This document shows, one piece after another, positions 19,403 through 28,965 of a stretch of DNA of 64,000 bases (its first letter is position 1; every line of letters begins with the position of its first letter). Below the pieces are notes generated by a model that did no database searches, was not told where the DNA came from, and saw nothing but the letters and a program-made list of their open reading frames with translations. The DNA is from a bacterium (GTDB taxonomy: Bacteria > JAAXHH01). A program made the position numbers and the translations under genes. The DNA lies in NCBI GenBank assembly GCA_965262815.1, contig OZ253560.1, positions 1,715,287 through 1,779,286 on the forward strand, in the 5' to 3' direction.

Positions 19403-19921
19403 ATGGGTTCGATCATTCGATTACGGGGCAACAAAAGCGAAGAAACAGTCGAGTTGAATATCATAATGTCCAAATGGCTGTTTGCCGGCGTCATGGCGAT
19501 GCTCATCGCCGCTGTCTCCCTGGGTTACGCCGTATTGCCCGTCCAGTCGCAGGACGATCGGGGTCGCAATGCGATATCGCCCGGTCAGAACTACAGCGAA
19601 GCCATCGAGGCGGGCGACTTCGTGTTCCTTTCAGGTAAAATCGCGTCCGTTCGCGGTCGGATTATACCCGGCGGCATCAAGGCGGAAACGAAAATGGTCA
19701 TGGACAACCTGCAGACCGCGTTGGCCAAGTCCGGGCTGACGATGAACGACGTCGTCAAAGCCACCGTCTTTCTGGGTGACCTGAACGATTTCTCCGACAT
19801 GAATGAAGTGTACCGTGCCTATTACACGGGCGATCCGCCGGCCCGTTCGACCGTGCAGTCGGGTGTCGTCCTGAACGCCGGCATAGAAATCGACTTGATC
19901 GCCTATCGCGGCGGCAATTAA
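19403..19921 (+). CDS. ridA: RidA/YjgF family protein with N-terminal signal/membrane anchor
   Basis: C-terminal YjgF/RidA core (FLSGKIA...TVFLGDLNDFSDMNEVY...ARSTVQ). The hydrophobic N-terminus MSKWLFAGVMAMLIAAVSLGYA is atypical for RidA. Confidence 0.8.
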   Translation: MGSIIRLRGNKSEETVELNIIMSKWLFAGVMAMLIAAVSLGYAVLPVQSQDDRGRNAISPGQNYSEAIEAGDFVFLSGKIASVRGRIIPGGIKAETKMVMDNLQTALAKSGLTMNDVVKATVFLGDLNDFSDMNEVYRAYYTGDPPARSTVQSGVVLNAGIEIDLIAYRGGN

Positions 19922-19947
19922 TTGACGGAATTACACCTAAGAGTAGC

Positions 19948-20967
19948 ATGATCGAAAAAACGACCGTTGGCGTGATCGGCCTCGGGCTGGGCCAGGCCCA
20001 TCTAGCCGGGTACCTGAAGAACGACCGGGCTTCCGTCATCGGGCTAGCCGACCTCGATACCGGTTTGCTGGAGCGCACCGCATCCACGCACGGCGTGGCC
20101 CACGCGTTTGCCTCCTACCATGACCTGCTCGCCCTGGGTCCCGATCTCGTCAGCATTTGCCTGCCCAATTTCCTCCACGCGCCCGTGTCTATCGAATGCC
20201 TTGACGCGGGCGTTCATGTGTTGTGCGAAAAGCCGATGGCGCTGAACGCGGTCCAGGCGCAGGACATGGTCGAAGCCTCCCGGCGTAACGGCCGGTACCT
20301 GATGATCGCCCTGAACAACCGTTTTCGCACCGAAACCCAGATCCTGAAGAAACTCGTCGAGCAAGAAGTGCTTGGCGAGATCTACTATGCCAAGACGGGA
20401 TGGCTGAGGCGCAGCGGCATTCCGGGCCCGGGTACCTGGTTTACCCGCAAATCCCAGGCCGGCGGCGGCCCCTTGATCGATCTCGGGGTCCACATGATCG
20501 ATCTCACGCGCTGGCTCATGGGCAATCCAAGGCCGGTGGCCGTGGTCGGCGCCACCTATTCGAGGCTGAGCGATACGGTGGAAGGCGTATTCGACGTGGA
20601 AGACCTTGCGACGGCCTTTGTCCGCTTGGAAGGCGGCATCACGCTCATCGCGGAAACGAGTTGGGCCTCTCACGTCCCTTCGGAGGGATCATACGTTAAG
20701 TTGATGGGCACCCGGGGCGGCGCCGAGATCACGGGTAACGATCTGACCGTTTATACCGACCTGCATGGAGAACAGGTGGATATCACCCCCGCCTATGCTC
20801 CGCGGGAGTGGTCGGATTGCATCGCGGCAGAAATCGCTCATTTCGTGGACTGCATCCAGGCAGGACGCACGCCCATGTCAACGGGGGAACAGGGCGTTGA
20901 GATCATGCAGATCCTGGATGGCATTTACGACTCGGCCGAAAATAACCGGATGGTCCACTTAGCGTAG
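19948..20967 (+). CDS. Gfo/Idh/MocA family NAD(P)-dependent oxidoreductase
   Basis: N-terminal Rossmann GVIGLGLGQAHLAGY and a C-terminal GFO_IDH_MocA alpha/beta domain. Confidence 0.85.
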   Translation: MIEKTTVGVIGLGLGQAHLAGYLKNDRASVIGLADLDTGLLERTASTHGVAHAFASYHDLLALGPDLVSICLPNFLHAPVSIECLDAGVHVLCEKPMALNAVQAQDMVEASRRNGRYLMIALNNRFRTETQILKKLVEQEVLGEIYYAKTGWLRRSGIPGPGTWFTRKSQAGGGPLIDLGVHMIDLTRWLMGNPRPVAVVGATYSRLSDTVEGVFDVEDLATAFVRLEGGITLIAETSWASHVPSEGSYVKLMGTRGGAEITGNDLTVYTDLHGEQVDITPAYAPREWSDCIAAEIAHFVDCIQAGRTPMSTGEQGVEIMQILDGIYDSAENNRMVHLA

Positions 20968-21062
20968 TGCGCAGCACGGCAGCTCAACGGTCTCAAGATC
21001 TTTACGTTCTCGCGATCTTTTATTGTTGTACGATCTCAGTAGTTTTCGCGTATTCCTTCGCT

Positions 21063-22064
21063 TTATTCCCTACCCGAACCGCTGTCCACGCCGAATCCGG
21101 ATTCCCGGCAATTGAACTGTATCGTCAGGTCGTCCGGTTTTGCAGCCAGGGCGCTGCGGCAGGCCCCCTCGGCATCTATCCGGCGTCCTGACCGTTCATA
21201 GGCGACCGCCAGGTTGTTCCAAGCCGACGCGTCGTTTGGATCGTCTGCAACGGTTTCTTCCCAGATCATCACTGCACGGGACCAGTTCCCTTCCCGGACT
21301 GCGGAGATGGCCCGGATGTCCATGGTAACCAATAGCCGCCGGGTGACCGGTATCTGCTCCTGGACCAGGGATGCCATCAGCCGGCTTACAATACGCCGGG
21401 CCAGGATCTCGGTCAGCACGGGCGAGACGATCTCGACGGAGATTGCTTCTTCCGGCGGCGCTTCGACGGGTTCGGGCAGCATGGTGCGATAGGTACCGGA
21501 CTCCGTGACGATGTAGTTGCCCATCAACGTATTGGAGTCGACCCTGTACGCCCTGAGGGTGGCAGTGATGTCCGCCGACTGATCAATGTAGGGACGGACG
21601 TAGGCCCTGTTTATGAACCGGATGCCTGTTTTCTCAAGTACCTCTTCCTGTCGAAACACCTTTTCTTCCCCGTATTCTTCCAGATAGTCTCTTTCCAGTT
21701 CGCCGATCAGCACGATTTCGGCGTTCAATTCGCTACCGACAGCCACCGCGGTAGAATCAGGGATTTGTCCGGCCTCGTGGGGATGGCGGGACAGGATACG
21801 GCGTATCGGCCTCAATTCTATGGTCGACAGGGTGGTATCCGCTGCCAGGGCCCGAACGAATATAAACCCGGTCAGACTATTCAGGGCCAGGTCGGTGCCA
21901 TTAAATCCCAGGGGGGCAATGGTTCCTTCTCCGGAAAGACTGAGCAACGGAGACTGTTGAACGTTGAACCGGACAGACAGGGAAGAAGACGCGCAGCCGG
22001 GGTAACACGCCATGGCAGCCGCCAGCAAAAGAGGCAAGCCTGTCTTGTAAGGTGAAGTGCCCAT
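21063..22064 (-). CDS. Hypothetical exported protein with C-terminal TPR-like repeat
   Basis: Hydrophobic N-terminus (LPLLLAAAMACYPGCAS) and a C-terminal AWNNLAVAYERSGRRIDAEGACRSALAAKPDD TPR motif. Confidence 0.5.
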   Translation of the reverse strand: MGTSPYKTGLPLLLAAAMACYPGCASSSLSVRFNVQQSPLLSLSGEGTIAPLGFNGTDLALNSLTGFIFVRALAADTTLSTIELRPIRRILSRHPHEAGQIPDSTAVAVGSELNAEIVLIGELERDYLEEYGEEKVFRQEEVLEKTGIRFINRAYVRPYIDQSADITATLRAYRVDSNTLMGNYIVTESGTYRTMLPEPVEAPPEEAISVEIVSPVLTEILARRIVSRLMASLVQEQIPVTRRLLVTMDIRAISAVREGNWSRAVMIWEETVADDPNDASAWNNLAVAYERSGRRIDAEGACRSALAAKPDDLTIQFNCRESGFGVDSGSGRE

Positions 22065-22140
22065 GATACTTGAATAGGTACCCTGCTCCCACGGGCGCGT
22101 CAAGACGATTCAGACCCGGGTCCGGTCACCTTGAAAGGGG

Positions 22141-22169
22141 TTGACAACCCGGCCGGTGGTTCTTAATCT
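22141..22169 (+). promoter_or_regulatory. Sigma-70-type promoter for the Rieske/cyt b/cyt c operon (TTGACA-N17-TAATCT)
   Basis: TTGACAAcccggccggtggttctTAATCT. Confidence 0.5.
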
Positions 22170-22208
22170 ACGCTTGACCAGCAACCACGCAGTTAAGGGC
22201 AAAACTCC

Positions 22209-22703
22209 ATGGCCTCGCCACAGAAACCACCCGGGGATCCGGATCCTCGGAATAAGTCGAATGAAGCGCCCGGGAAGAAGCGTCCCGACCCGGTCCGCCG
22301 CCGCCGTTTCCTTCAGAAATGTCTTGGAGCGCTGGGCGGACTCGGTTTCCTGATGGCCGTCTACCCTCTCATCAGGTACATCGAACCGCCCCCCGACGCC
22401 GAAGGCAGCAACCGGGTTGAAATCGACCGGGCGACACTGCCTCCGGGTTCGTCCAGGACGGTCATCTATCGGGGTCGACCGACTATCGTGGTCAACGCGC
22501 CGGACGGCTATATCGCCTATAACGCCGTGTGTCCCCACCTGGGCTGCGTCGTCAAGTGGGAGGGAAGAACGCAGAATCTGATCTGTCCCTGTCACGGCGG
22601 CAAGTTCGGCACCGACGGCAGCGTTCTGGGCGGACCGATACCCGGCCCCCTGACCGCGGTTGAATTGTCCGTCAGCGACGACAAGATCATCATCGGCGCG
22701 TAA
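22209..22703 (+). CDS. Rieske [2Fe-2S] subunit of a cytochrome bc-type complex (Tat signal)
   Basis: Twin-arginine RRRFLQKCLGALGG and Rieske boxes CPHLGCVV and CPCHGGKF. Confidence 0.9.
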   Translation: MASPQKPPGDPDPRNKSNEAPGKKRPDPVRRRRFLQKCLGALGGLGFLMAVYPLIRYIEPPPDAEGSNRVEIDRATLPPGSSRTVIYRGRPTIVVNAPDGYIAYNAVCPHLGCVVKWEGRTQNLICPCHGGKFGTDGSVLGGPIPGPLTAVELSVSDDKIIIGA

Positions 22704-22750
22704 CCGATGCCCGGACAGTCCCCTCTTCGCGGAGCATAAAACCAACCACC

Positions 22751-23950
22751 ATGATCAAACGCCTGTTCCACGGGTTGTACAACTGGCTCGATGATCGCGT
22801 CGAGATATCCGTAGTCATCGATTTCTGCCGGCGCCAGTTGACCAAGCCCGTGCCCCGCCACCTCAACTGGCTGTTTTCTTTCGGGACGGTCACCCTGATG
22901 TTCTTTCTTTCCCAGGCCGTCTCGGGCGTCCTCCTGATGATCTATTACGAAGCCTCCGCCGATTCGGCCTACGAAAGCGTCAAGTACATCATGGAACAGG
23001 TGCGGTTCGGCTGGCTCATGCGCCAGGTCCATTCCTATGGCGCCAACTTCATGATCGCCTTCCTGCTGCTGCACTCGGTCCGCGTCTTCTTCTACGGGGG
23101 ATACAAGAAGCCCAGGGAGCTTACCTGGCTCTTTGGAGTCGGCCTGCTGTTCGTGACCCTGGCCTTTGGTTTTACGGGTTACCTGCTGCCCTGGGACCAA
23201 CTCTCCTACTGGGGCACGACCGTAGGTACGGAAATCGCCGCCGCGACCCCGGTCATCGGCGAGTATCTCCTGATCCTCATGCGGGGCGGCGAGATCATTT
23301 CCGATGTAACGCTGACCCGCTTCTTCATGGTACACGTCGTTCTTCTGCCCTGGGTCTTCGTCGCCCTGGTGGCAGGGCACCTGTTCCTCATCCGGTACAA
23401 GGGCATTTCGCCGCTCGAAGGCACGGACGTTCCAGAAAAAACTCCGGCAGAACTCAAGAAAGCCGGCGGCCAACCCTTCTATCCCCATCATGTCATGAAA
23501 GAAGCCATCGTGGTCATGCTGGTACTGGTCTCCATGATCCTCATGATCATCTACTATCCCCTGCCGCTGCACGAAAAAGCCGATCCCTTCAACACGCCGG
23601 TCGGCGTCAGGCCGGAATGGTATTTCCTTTCTTCCTACCAGGCGCTGAAATACATGCCCAAAACCATCGGCATCATCGGGTCGGGACTGGTTGTCCTGGC
23701 CATATGCCTGTTGCCCTTCTGGGACAGGACATCCGCTCGCAGACCATCCCGCCGGCCCATCGCGACGTCCCTCGGCATCCTCTTCGTCGTCCTGAACATC
23801 ATGCTTGCGCTCCTTGGTAAGATCTCGGAAACGGAAATGACCTTCATGGGCACGCGGTACCATTTCGACATTTACGGTTGGCCTCATGCCATCGCGACGG
23901 TTGAAGAATCGCCACCCGAACAGAACAACGGCAGCGAGGGTACCGAATGA
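22751..23950 (+). CDS. Cytochrome b (fused b6 + subunit IV-like) of a bc-type complex
   Basis: Multi-TM protein with haem-ligating His in helices B and D (RQVHSYGANFM, HSVRVFFYGGYKKPRELTW), a PWDQ-like motif (LPWDQLSYWGTTV), and a subunit IV-like C-terminal half. Confidence 0.9.
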   Translation: MIKRLFHGLYNWLDDRVEISVVIDFCRRQLTKPVPRHLNWLFSFGTVTLMFFLSQAVSGVLLMIYYEASADSAYESVKYIMEQVRFGWLMRQVHSYGANFMIAFLLLHSVRVFFYGGYKKPRELTWLFGVGLLFVTLAFGFTGYLLPWDQLSYWGTTVGTEIAAATPVIGEYLLILMRGGEIISDVTLTRFFMVHVVLLPWVFVALVAGHLFLIRYKGISPLEGTDVPEKTPAELKKAGGQPFYPHHVMKEAIVVMLVLVSMILMIIYYPLPLHEKADPFNTPVGVRPEWYFLSSYQALKYMPKTIGIIGSGLVVLAICLLPFWDRTSARRPSRRPIATSLGILFVVLNIMLALLGKISETEMTFMGTRYHFDIYGWPHAIATVEESPPEQNNGSEGTE

Positions 23951-24843
23951 GCGGGCATATTCATGCCGGGCGTCAGGTCAGCGAAAGTGCGGGCAGGCCG
24001 GGATCGGCCCATACGGCGGGAGATACCTTACGGGCGTCACTTGTTCCTGTGCTGTTCCTGGTCATATTGGGACCGCCCGTCCAGACTACGGATGCACAGC
24101 AGACTGCGACGTCCAATACCTGCGTGTCCTGTCACGCCGACCTGGACGACGAGGACATGAGCTTGCCGGTGGCCGAATGGCAGCGAAGCGTGCACCTTCC
24201 CGCGGGCATCGCCTGCCAGGACTGTCACGGAGGCAACCCCGCCACCACGGTGGAGGAGGAAGCGCACGATGTGGAAAAGGGATTCGTGGGCTTGCCGGAA
24301 CCGGACATTGTCCACGAAATGTGCGGTAGCTGCCACCAGATCCAGATGGAGAATTTCCTTCCCAGCCCCCATGGAATCGAGGGGGATTTCTGGCCCAACT
24401 GCGTAGACTGTCACACGAACCATGATGTGGTCTATCCCGAGGCATCGCTGATCTCCATACCCGATAACTGCGAAGATTGCCACGAACAGGAAATAATGGA
24501 TGACTTCATTGCCCTTACCGACCGGGGACTGGGACCCGTCAACGGGTTCAGGCAGGTTGCGGATGAAATCAGGCTGTCGGGAGTCCCGGTCGACATGATC
24601 CTGGCCCGGACGACCCTGGCGCGGGAAGCTTACATACAGGAGGCTTCACACGTTTTTGTGCTCGAGAAGATGATCGCCACCGTCGATTCTCTGGAACAGG
24701 TCTATCCACAAATTCAAAAGGAAGTGGATATCGCGCGCACCGAGGTCGATACCCGTCGTAAATTCGGCTGGATGTTCATCGGCCTGTTCCTCTTGCTGGC
24801 GGGCGTCACATGGCTGTACCGCCGTTCACTGCCGGACGCCTGA
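23947..24843 (+). CDS. Pentahaem c-type cytochrome, membrane anchored (C-terminal TM)
   Basis: Five CxxCH motifs: CVSCH, CQDCH, CGSCH, CVDCH, CEDCH. C-terminal helix FGWMFIGLFLLLAGVTWLY. ATGA overlap with cyt b. Confidence 0.85.
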   Translation: MSGHIHAGRQVSESAGRPGSAHTAGDTLRASLVPVLFLVILGPPVQTTDAQQTATSNTCVSCHADLDDEDMSLPVAEWQRSVHLPAGIACQDCHGGNPATTVEEEAHDVEKGFVGLPEPDIVHEMCGSCHQIQMENFLPSPHGIEGDFWPNCVDCHTNHDVVYPEASLISIPDNCEDCHEQEIMDDFIALTDRGLGPVNGFRQVADEIRLSGVPVDMILARTTLAREAYIQEASHVFVLEKMIATVDSLEQVYPQIQKEVDIARTEVDTRRKFGWMFIGLFLLLAGVTWLYRRSLPDA

Positions 24844-24869
24844 CCGTTCTGCGTCACTGGGATTTATCC

Positions 24870-27506
24870 ATGCGCGTACGCTTATTCCTATGCATTCTGA
24901 TTGCCGTCACCGCTCCCCGTGCCGTCGCCGGTACCATCCAGCCCGTGCCCGATGGCAAGGGAACGGGCACGCTGGGCCAGGCGGTGCTTCGCCTGCCCGT
25001 CGTCGCCAGCATGCTGCATACCGGCGCCCATCCCGATGACGAAAACAGCGCCCTGGTCGCCTATGTAAGCCGTGGACTGCATGCCAGGACGGCCTACCTT
25101 TCCCTGAATAGAGGCGAAGGCGGACAGAACCTGATCGGTTCCGAGCTCTACGATGCGATCGGCGTGATCCGGACGGAAGAACTGCTGAGCGCCCGCCGTT
25201 TCGACGGAGCGCAGCAGTTTTTTACCCGCGCCTACGACTTCGGTTTTTCCAAGTCGGCCGAAGAGGCGATGGACTACTGGAATCAGGATGAAATGCTCCT
25301 GGCGGACGTGGTGCGCGTTATACGGCGCTTTCGCCCCGACGTGATCGTTTCCGTTTTCGCCGATTCGCCACGCGACGGCCACGGCCAACACCAGGCTTCC
25401 GGACGGATTTCACGGGAGGCTTTTTACGCCGCCGCGGACCCGGATCGTTTTCCGGAACACCTGCGGGACGGTCTGCGTCCCTGGCAGGCCCGTAAACTTT
25501 ACATCAACAATACGCGGGCCTCGTTCGACAGCATCGATTCCCTGCAGATCGACGTGGGAACCTACAGCCCCGTGTTGGATCGTTCGTTCCGAGAACTCGG
25601 GCTGGCCGGGCGCAGCATGCATCGGTCCCAGGACATGGGAACCCTCCAGTTGAAGGGACCGGCGACCACCAAGATCAAACTGGTCGCCCGAGTGGGAATG
25701 GTGGATGCCGCCGGAGACGACCATCTGTTCCAGGGCGTGGACACGACCTTCATGAGGTTCCACGCTATGGCCGGACCGGAGGCCGAGAAGGTCACCGGAT
25801 TCGCCACGCGTCTCGGCCGATTGGATGCGCTGGCCCGTGAGGCCGTAGACGCGTACAGGCCGCTGGATCCTTCCCACTTGCTGCCTCCCGTGCTGGAAGG
25901 CTTGCGCATAATCCGGTCACTTCGGGAGGATCTCGTTCAGAGTGCGCTGCCGCGCATCGTCCTCGACGACATCCTCTTCCTTCTTGGCCACAAGGAAGAA
26001 GACTTCACCAACGTGGCGGGCCTGGCCCTCGGCATGGCCTTCGAAGTTCTTGCCGACGACGATCGGGTGGTTCCGGGTGACACCCTCGGGGTCAACCTGG
26101 CGTTGTTGAACCGCAGCTTCATGACCGTAAACGTCACCAGTCTCGACCTGGACGTCCCGCCGGGATGGACAGCCGCAGCCGGTCCGGCCGGGGCCGAACC
26201 GTCCTCGGACATCGGTTACAACGAAAGCGTTGAACGGAAATGGCAGGTATTCGTTCCTTCAGATGCCCGTCTCACCCGGCCCTACTGGTATCGCGGGTCA
26301 CTGAACGATCCGCGCGTCGAAGTTGAAGACGAGTCGCTGATCGGATTGCCGTGGAGCTCCCAGCCCGTCGCAGGACGGGCCGGGTTCGTCGTGGACGGAG
26401 TTGAAATCGAAATCCGGCAACCCGTGCAGCACCGCTTCGCGGACCGGGCCTTCGGCGAAATTCGCCGCGAACTCCAGGTGGTGCCTGCCCTGTCGGTTAC
26501 CCTCGAGCCGCAAGCGTTAGTCGCCGCCGAGGGACGAGGCCGGCCCTTGCGATTCAGCGTAGCCGTACTCAGCAATGTGAACAGGGCGATTGAAGGCGGG
26601 GTGCTGCTTGAAGCACCGGACGGATGGAAAGTTTCCCCGTCCGAAGTTCCCCTGTCCTTCTCGGGCAAGGGGCAGACTGCGACGTTTAACTACACGGTGA
26701 CTCCCGACTCTTCCTCGAGTACGGGCGCCTACGAAGTGCGGGCGACGGCCAGGACCGCGGGCAACAACTATGGCGAAGGATACGAGGTGATCGCCTATCC
26801 CCATACCGAGCCCAGGCACCTGTACCGGAAAGCGGCTTCGACGGTGCAGGTCGCCCGCGTCGATCTGCCGGCCAACCTGGCGGTGGGCTACATCATGGGT
26901 TCCGGAGACCAGGTGCCCGTCACGCTGGAGCAGATGGGCGTTCGGGTGCGGATGCTGACTGGAGAGGATCTCGCGACGGCCGACCTGGGGGCCTTTGACC
27001 TGATCATAGCGGGAATTCGGGCCTACGAAGTCCGGGAAGACCTCGTCGCGGTGAATCAACGTCTACTGGATTATGTGAAGGCAGGCGGCGTCTATATCGT
27101 CCAATACAACAAGTATGCCTTCAACCGGGACCGCTACGGCCCCTATCCCTTCCAAATAAACCGCCCCCATGACCGGGTCACGCGGGAGGACGCGCCCGTC
27201 GAGATTCTCGTTCCGGATCATCCCGTCTTCAACAGGCCCAACCGTATCACCGAGGCGGACTTCGACGGGTGGATCCAGGAACGCGGCCTCTATTTCCTGG
27301 GAGAATGGGATCCCCGCTACACGCCGCTCATGGCTTCGCAGGATCCGGGAGAAACGCCCAGGGAAGGCGGTCTCGTCGAAGCCCGCTACGGCGAGGGCCG
27401 CTATATCTACACGGGATACGCCTGGTTCCGCCAGTTACCGGCGGGTGTACCCGGAGCGGTGAGACTGTTTGCGAACCTGATCAGCCTGGCGGATAAAAAC
27501 AGGTAA
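24870..27506 (+). CDS. Large secreted PIG-L/LmbE-family deacetylase fusion protein
   Basis: Signal peptide MRVRLFLCILIAVTAPRAVAG. LmbE motif HTGAHPDDENSALVAYVS. About 600 aa of additional beta-rich sequence and a C-terminal GATase1/ThuA-like segment. 878 aa in total. Confidence 0.7.
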   Translation: MRVRLFLCILIAVTAPRAVAGTIQPVPDGKGTGTLGQAVLRLPVVASMLHTGAHPDDENSALVAYVSRGLHARTAYLSLNRGEGGQNLIGSELYDAIGVIRTEELLSARRFDGAQQFFTRAYDFGFSKSAEEAMDYWNQDEMLLADVVRVIRRFRPDVIVSVFADSPRDGHGQHQASGRISREAFYAAADPDRFPEHLRDGLRPWQARKLYINNTRASFDSIDSLQIDVGTYSPVLDRSFRELGLAGRSMHRSQDMGTLQLKGPATTKIKLVARVGMVDAAGDDHLFQGVDTTFMRFHAMAGPEAEKVTGFATRLGRLDALAREAVDAYRPLDPSHLLPPVLEGLRIIRSLREDLVQSALPRIVLDDILFLLGHKEEDFTNVAGLALGMAFEVLADDDRVVPGDTLGVNLALLNRSFMTVNVTSLDLDVPPGWTAAAGPAGAEPSSDIGYNESVERKWQVFVPSDARLTRPYWYRGSLNDPRVEVEDESLIGLPWSSQPVAGRAGFVVDGVEIEIRQPVQHRFADRAFGEIRRELQVVPALSVTLEPQALVAAEGRGRPLRFSVAVLSNVNRAIEGGVLLEAPDGWKVSPSEVPLSFSGKGQTATFNYTVTPDSSSSTGAYEVRATARTAGNNYGEGYEVIAYPHTEPRHLYRKAASTVQVARVDLPANLAVGYIMGSGDQVPVTLEQMGVRVRMLTGEDLATADLGAFDLIIAGIRAYEVREDLVAVNQRLLDYVKAGGVYIVQYNKYAFNRDRYGPYPFQINRPHDRVTREDAPVEILVPDHPVFNRPNRITEADFDGWIQERGLYFLGEWDPRYTPLMASQDPGETPREGGLVEARYGEGRYIYTGYAWFRQLPAGVPGAVRLFANLISLADKNR

Positions 27507-27512
27507 GATGCG

Positions 27513-28451
27513 CTACCGGGGCACCTCGGTGCGCCATTCGGGAAAACTTCCGTCTATTCCCCTGATCAGATCGTTATAGGCGCCGCGGAACTGTTGCGTG
27601 ACGGAACCGATGGACCCGTCCCCGATGTCGTAGTGGTCGATGGAAATAACGGGTTTCACCTCAGCGCCCGTCCCGCACAGGAACACCTCGTCGGCCGTGT
27701 AGAGTTCAGTACGGTCGATCTCCCGTTCCACGACGGGCATCTTTATGATGTCCCGCCCGATCCTCAGCACGGTATCCCGGGTGACGCTTACCAGGATGTC
27801 GCTCGTTACCGGCGGAGTGAGCAGGACGCCGTCCTGGATCATCATCAGGCAGGCGCCGGGCGCCTCGCAGACCTTGCCCCGGTTGTTCAGCATGATCGTC
27901 TCGTCGAAACCCTGGAGCGTGGCTTCTGTCCAGGCAATAGCGCTGTTGCGGTAGTTGGCCCAGCACTTGATGCGCGCCGGCAGCGTGTTGTCCGAAATGC
28001 GCGTCCAGGAACTGACGGAACTTCTGGCGCCGTCCTTTCTGCGCAGGCTGGATTCGTAGGGGAAGGTATGCACGTAGACGTGGGCTGGACCGGTCATCCG
28101 GTTGAGATACACGTCGGGAGAGAAATAAACGGTCGGGAATACGTAGACGTCCTCCTGGTACCCGTGGACCCTGCATAGCTCGAGGGAGCCGTTCCACACG
28201 TCCTCCAGCGTGTACGGCGTTTCCATCCGCATCAGCTTGATCGACCGGTACAGGCGTTTCAGGTGATCTTCCAGACGGAAGACGAAGAGTTTCTCCCGGT
28301 CGGCGTTCCAGTAGGCCCGTATCCCTTCGAATATGGCGTGGGCGAAGATGTGGCCCTGGGTAACGTGAATCGTACCCTGGTCCCACGGGACCTGCTCCCC
28401 GTCCAGCCAGATGTATTTGGAATGATCCTCACCCCACATTTTCCTGCCCAT
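27513..28451 (-). CDS. ilvE: Branched-chain amino acid aminotransferase (class IV PLP fold)
   Basis: 312 aa with an overall class-IV aminotransferase architecture (FEGIRAY...; LTPPVTSDILVSVTRDTV; EVFLCGTGAEVKPV). Confidence 0.85.
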   Translation of the reverse strand: MGRKMWGEDHSKYIWLDGEQVPWDQGTIHVTQGHIFAHAIFEGIRAYWNADREKLFVFRLEDHLKRLYRSIKLMRMETPYTLEDVWNGSLELCRVHGYQEDVYVFPTVYFSPDVYLNRMTGPAHVYVHTFPYESSLRRKDGARSSVSSWTRISDNTLPARIKCWANYRNSAIAWTEATLQGFDETIMLNNRGKVCEAPGACLMMIQDGVLLTPPVTSDILVSVTRDTVLRIGRDIIKMPVVEREIDRTELYTADEVFLCGTGAEVKPVISIDHYDIGDGSIGSVTQQFRGAYNDLIRGIDGSFPEWRTEVPR

Positions 28452-28522
28452 ACCCGCGCTCCTTCGATTGGTTGATTCGTGATCCAGCCGTCCCGTTGAT
28501 CAAAAGTTCGTCCCGTTTCCGT

Positions 28523-28849
28523 CTACGCCCTGTCCGGTTCCCACCAGCCCGCAACGTCATCCTTCTGCACTTCCTCCAGACGCGCTCGCCAATCATACTC
28601 GTCGATCCGGAGCACATCTACCTGCCGGCACGCCATGCACCACTGCAGGATCAGCGGCTCATCCTCTCTGGAGACCGTGCGGACCGCCACCCAGTACTCC
28701 ACGCCGTGGGGACAGCCCAACCCGGTCCTCTGATACTCGGGGAGGATGTGATGGACCTTGTCATTCGGAGGTGCCAGGTCGATTACAGTTTCGTCATACG
28801 GTCGGATGGGCACGCGCTGCGTTCCTTGAAGGGGACGGTGGAGGGACAC
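28523..28849 (-). CDS. Hypothetical small Cys-containing protein (strand assignment ambiguous)
   Basis: 108 aa with protein-like composition (W/Y/D/E/K; GCPHG...WCMACR). A 132-aa R/P/L-rich ORF overlaps exactly on the plus strand. Codon-position GC does not discriminate between them. Confidence 0.3.
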   Translation of the reverse strand: MSLHRPLQGTQRVPIRPYDETVIDLAPPNDKVHHILPEYQRTGLGCPHGVEYWVAVRTVSREDEPLILQWCMACRQVDVLRIDEYDWRARLEEVQKDDVAGWWEPDRA

Positions 28850-28945
28850 GGAATCCTGAGTACTTTATAGACCGGGAGCACGTTCGTGTCAAGGGATATC
28901 CCGTTGAATCACAACGGTCCATATCCCTGTTGCGTTACCAGGTAC

Positions 28946-28965
28946 CACGGTCTCCGGAGACCGTG
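28946..28965. promoter_or_regulatory. Perfect 20-bp palindrome CACGGTCTCC|GGAGACCGTG upstream of formamidase gene; candidate operator
   Basis: Read directly from the sequence. A second hairpin, gggatatcc...ggatatccc, lies at 28893-28927. Confidence 0.4.

Noticed and set aside
22592-23887. 431-aa minus-strand ORF
   Set aside because: It is antisense to the cytochrome b and Rieske genes, which carry strong haem and Rieske motifs. It is a shadow ORF.
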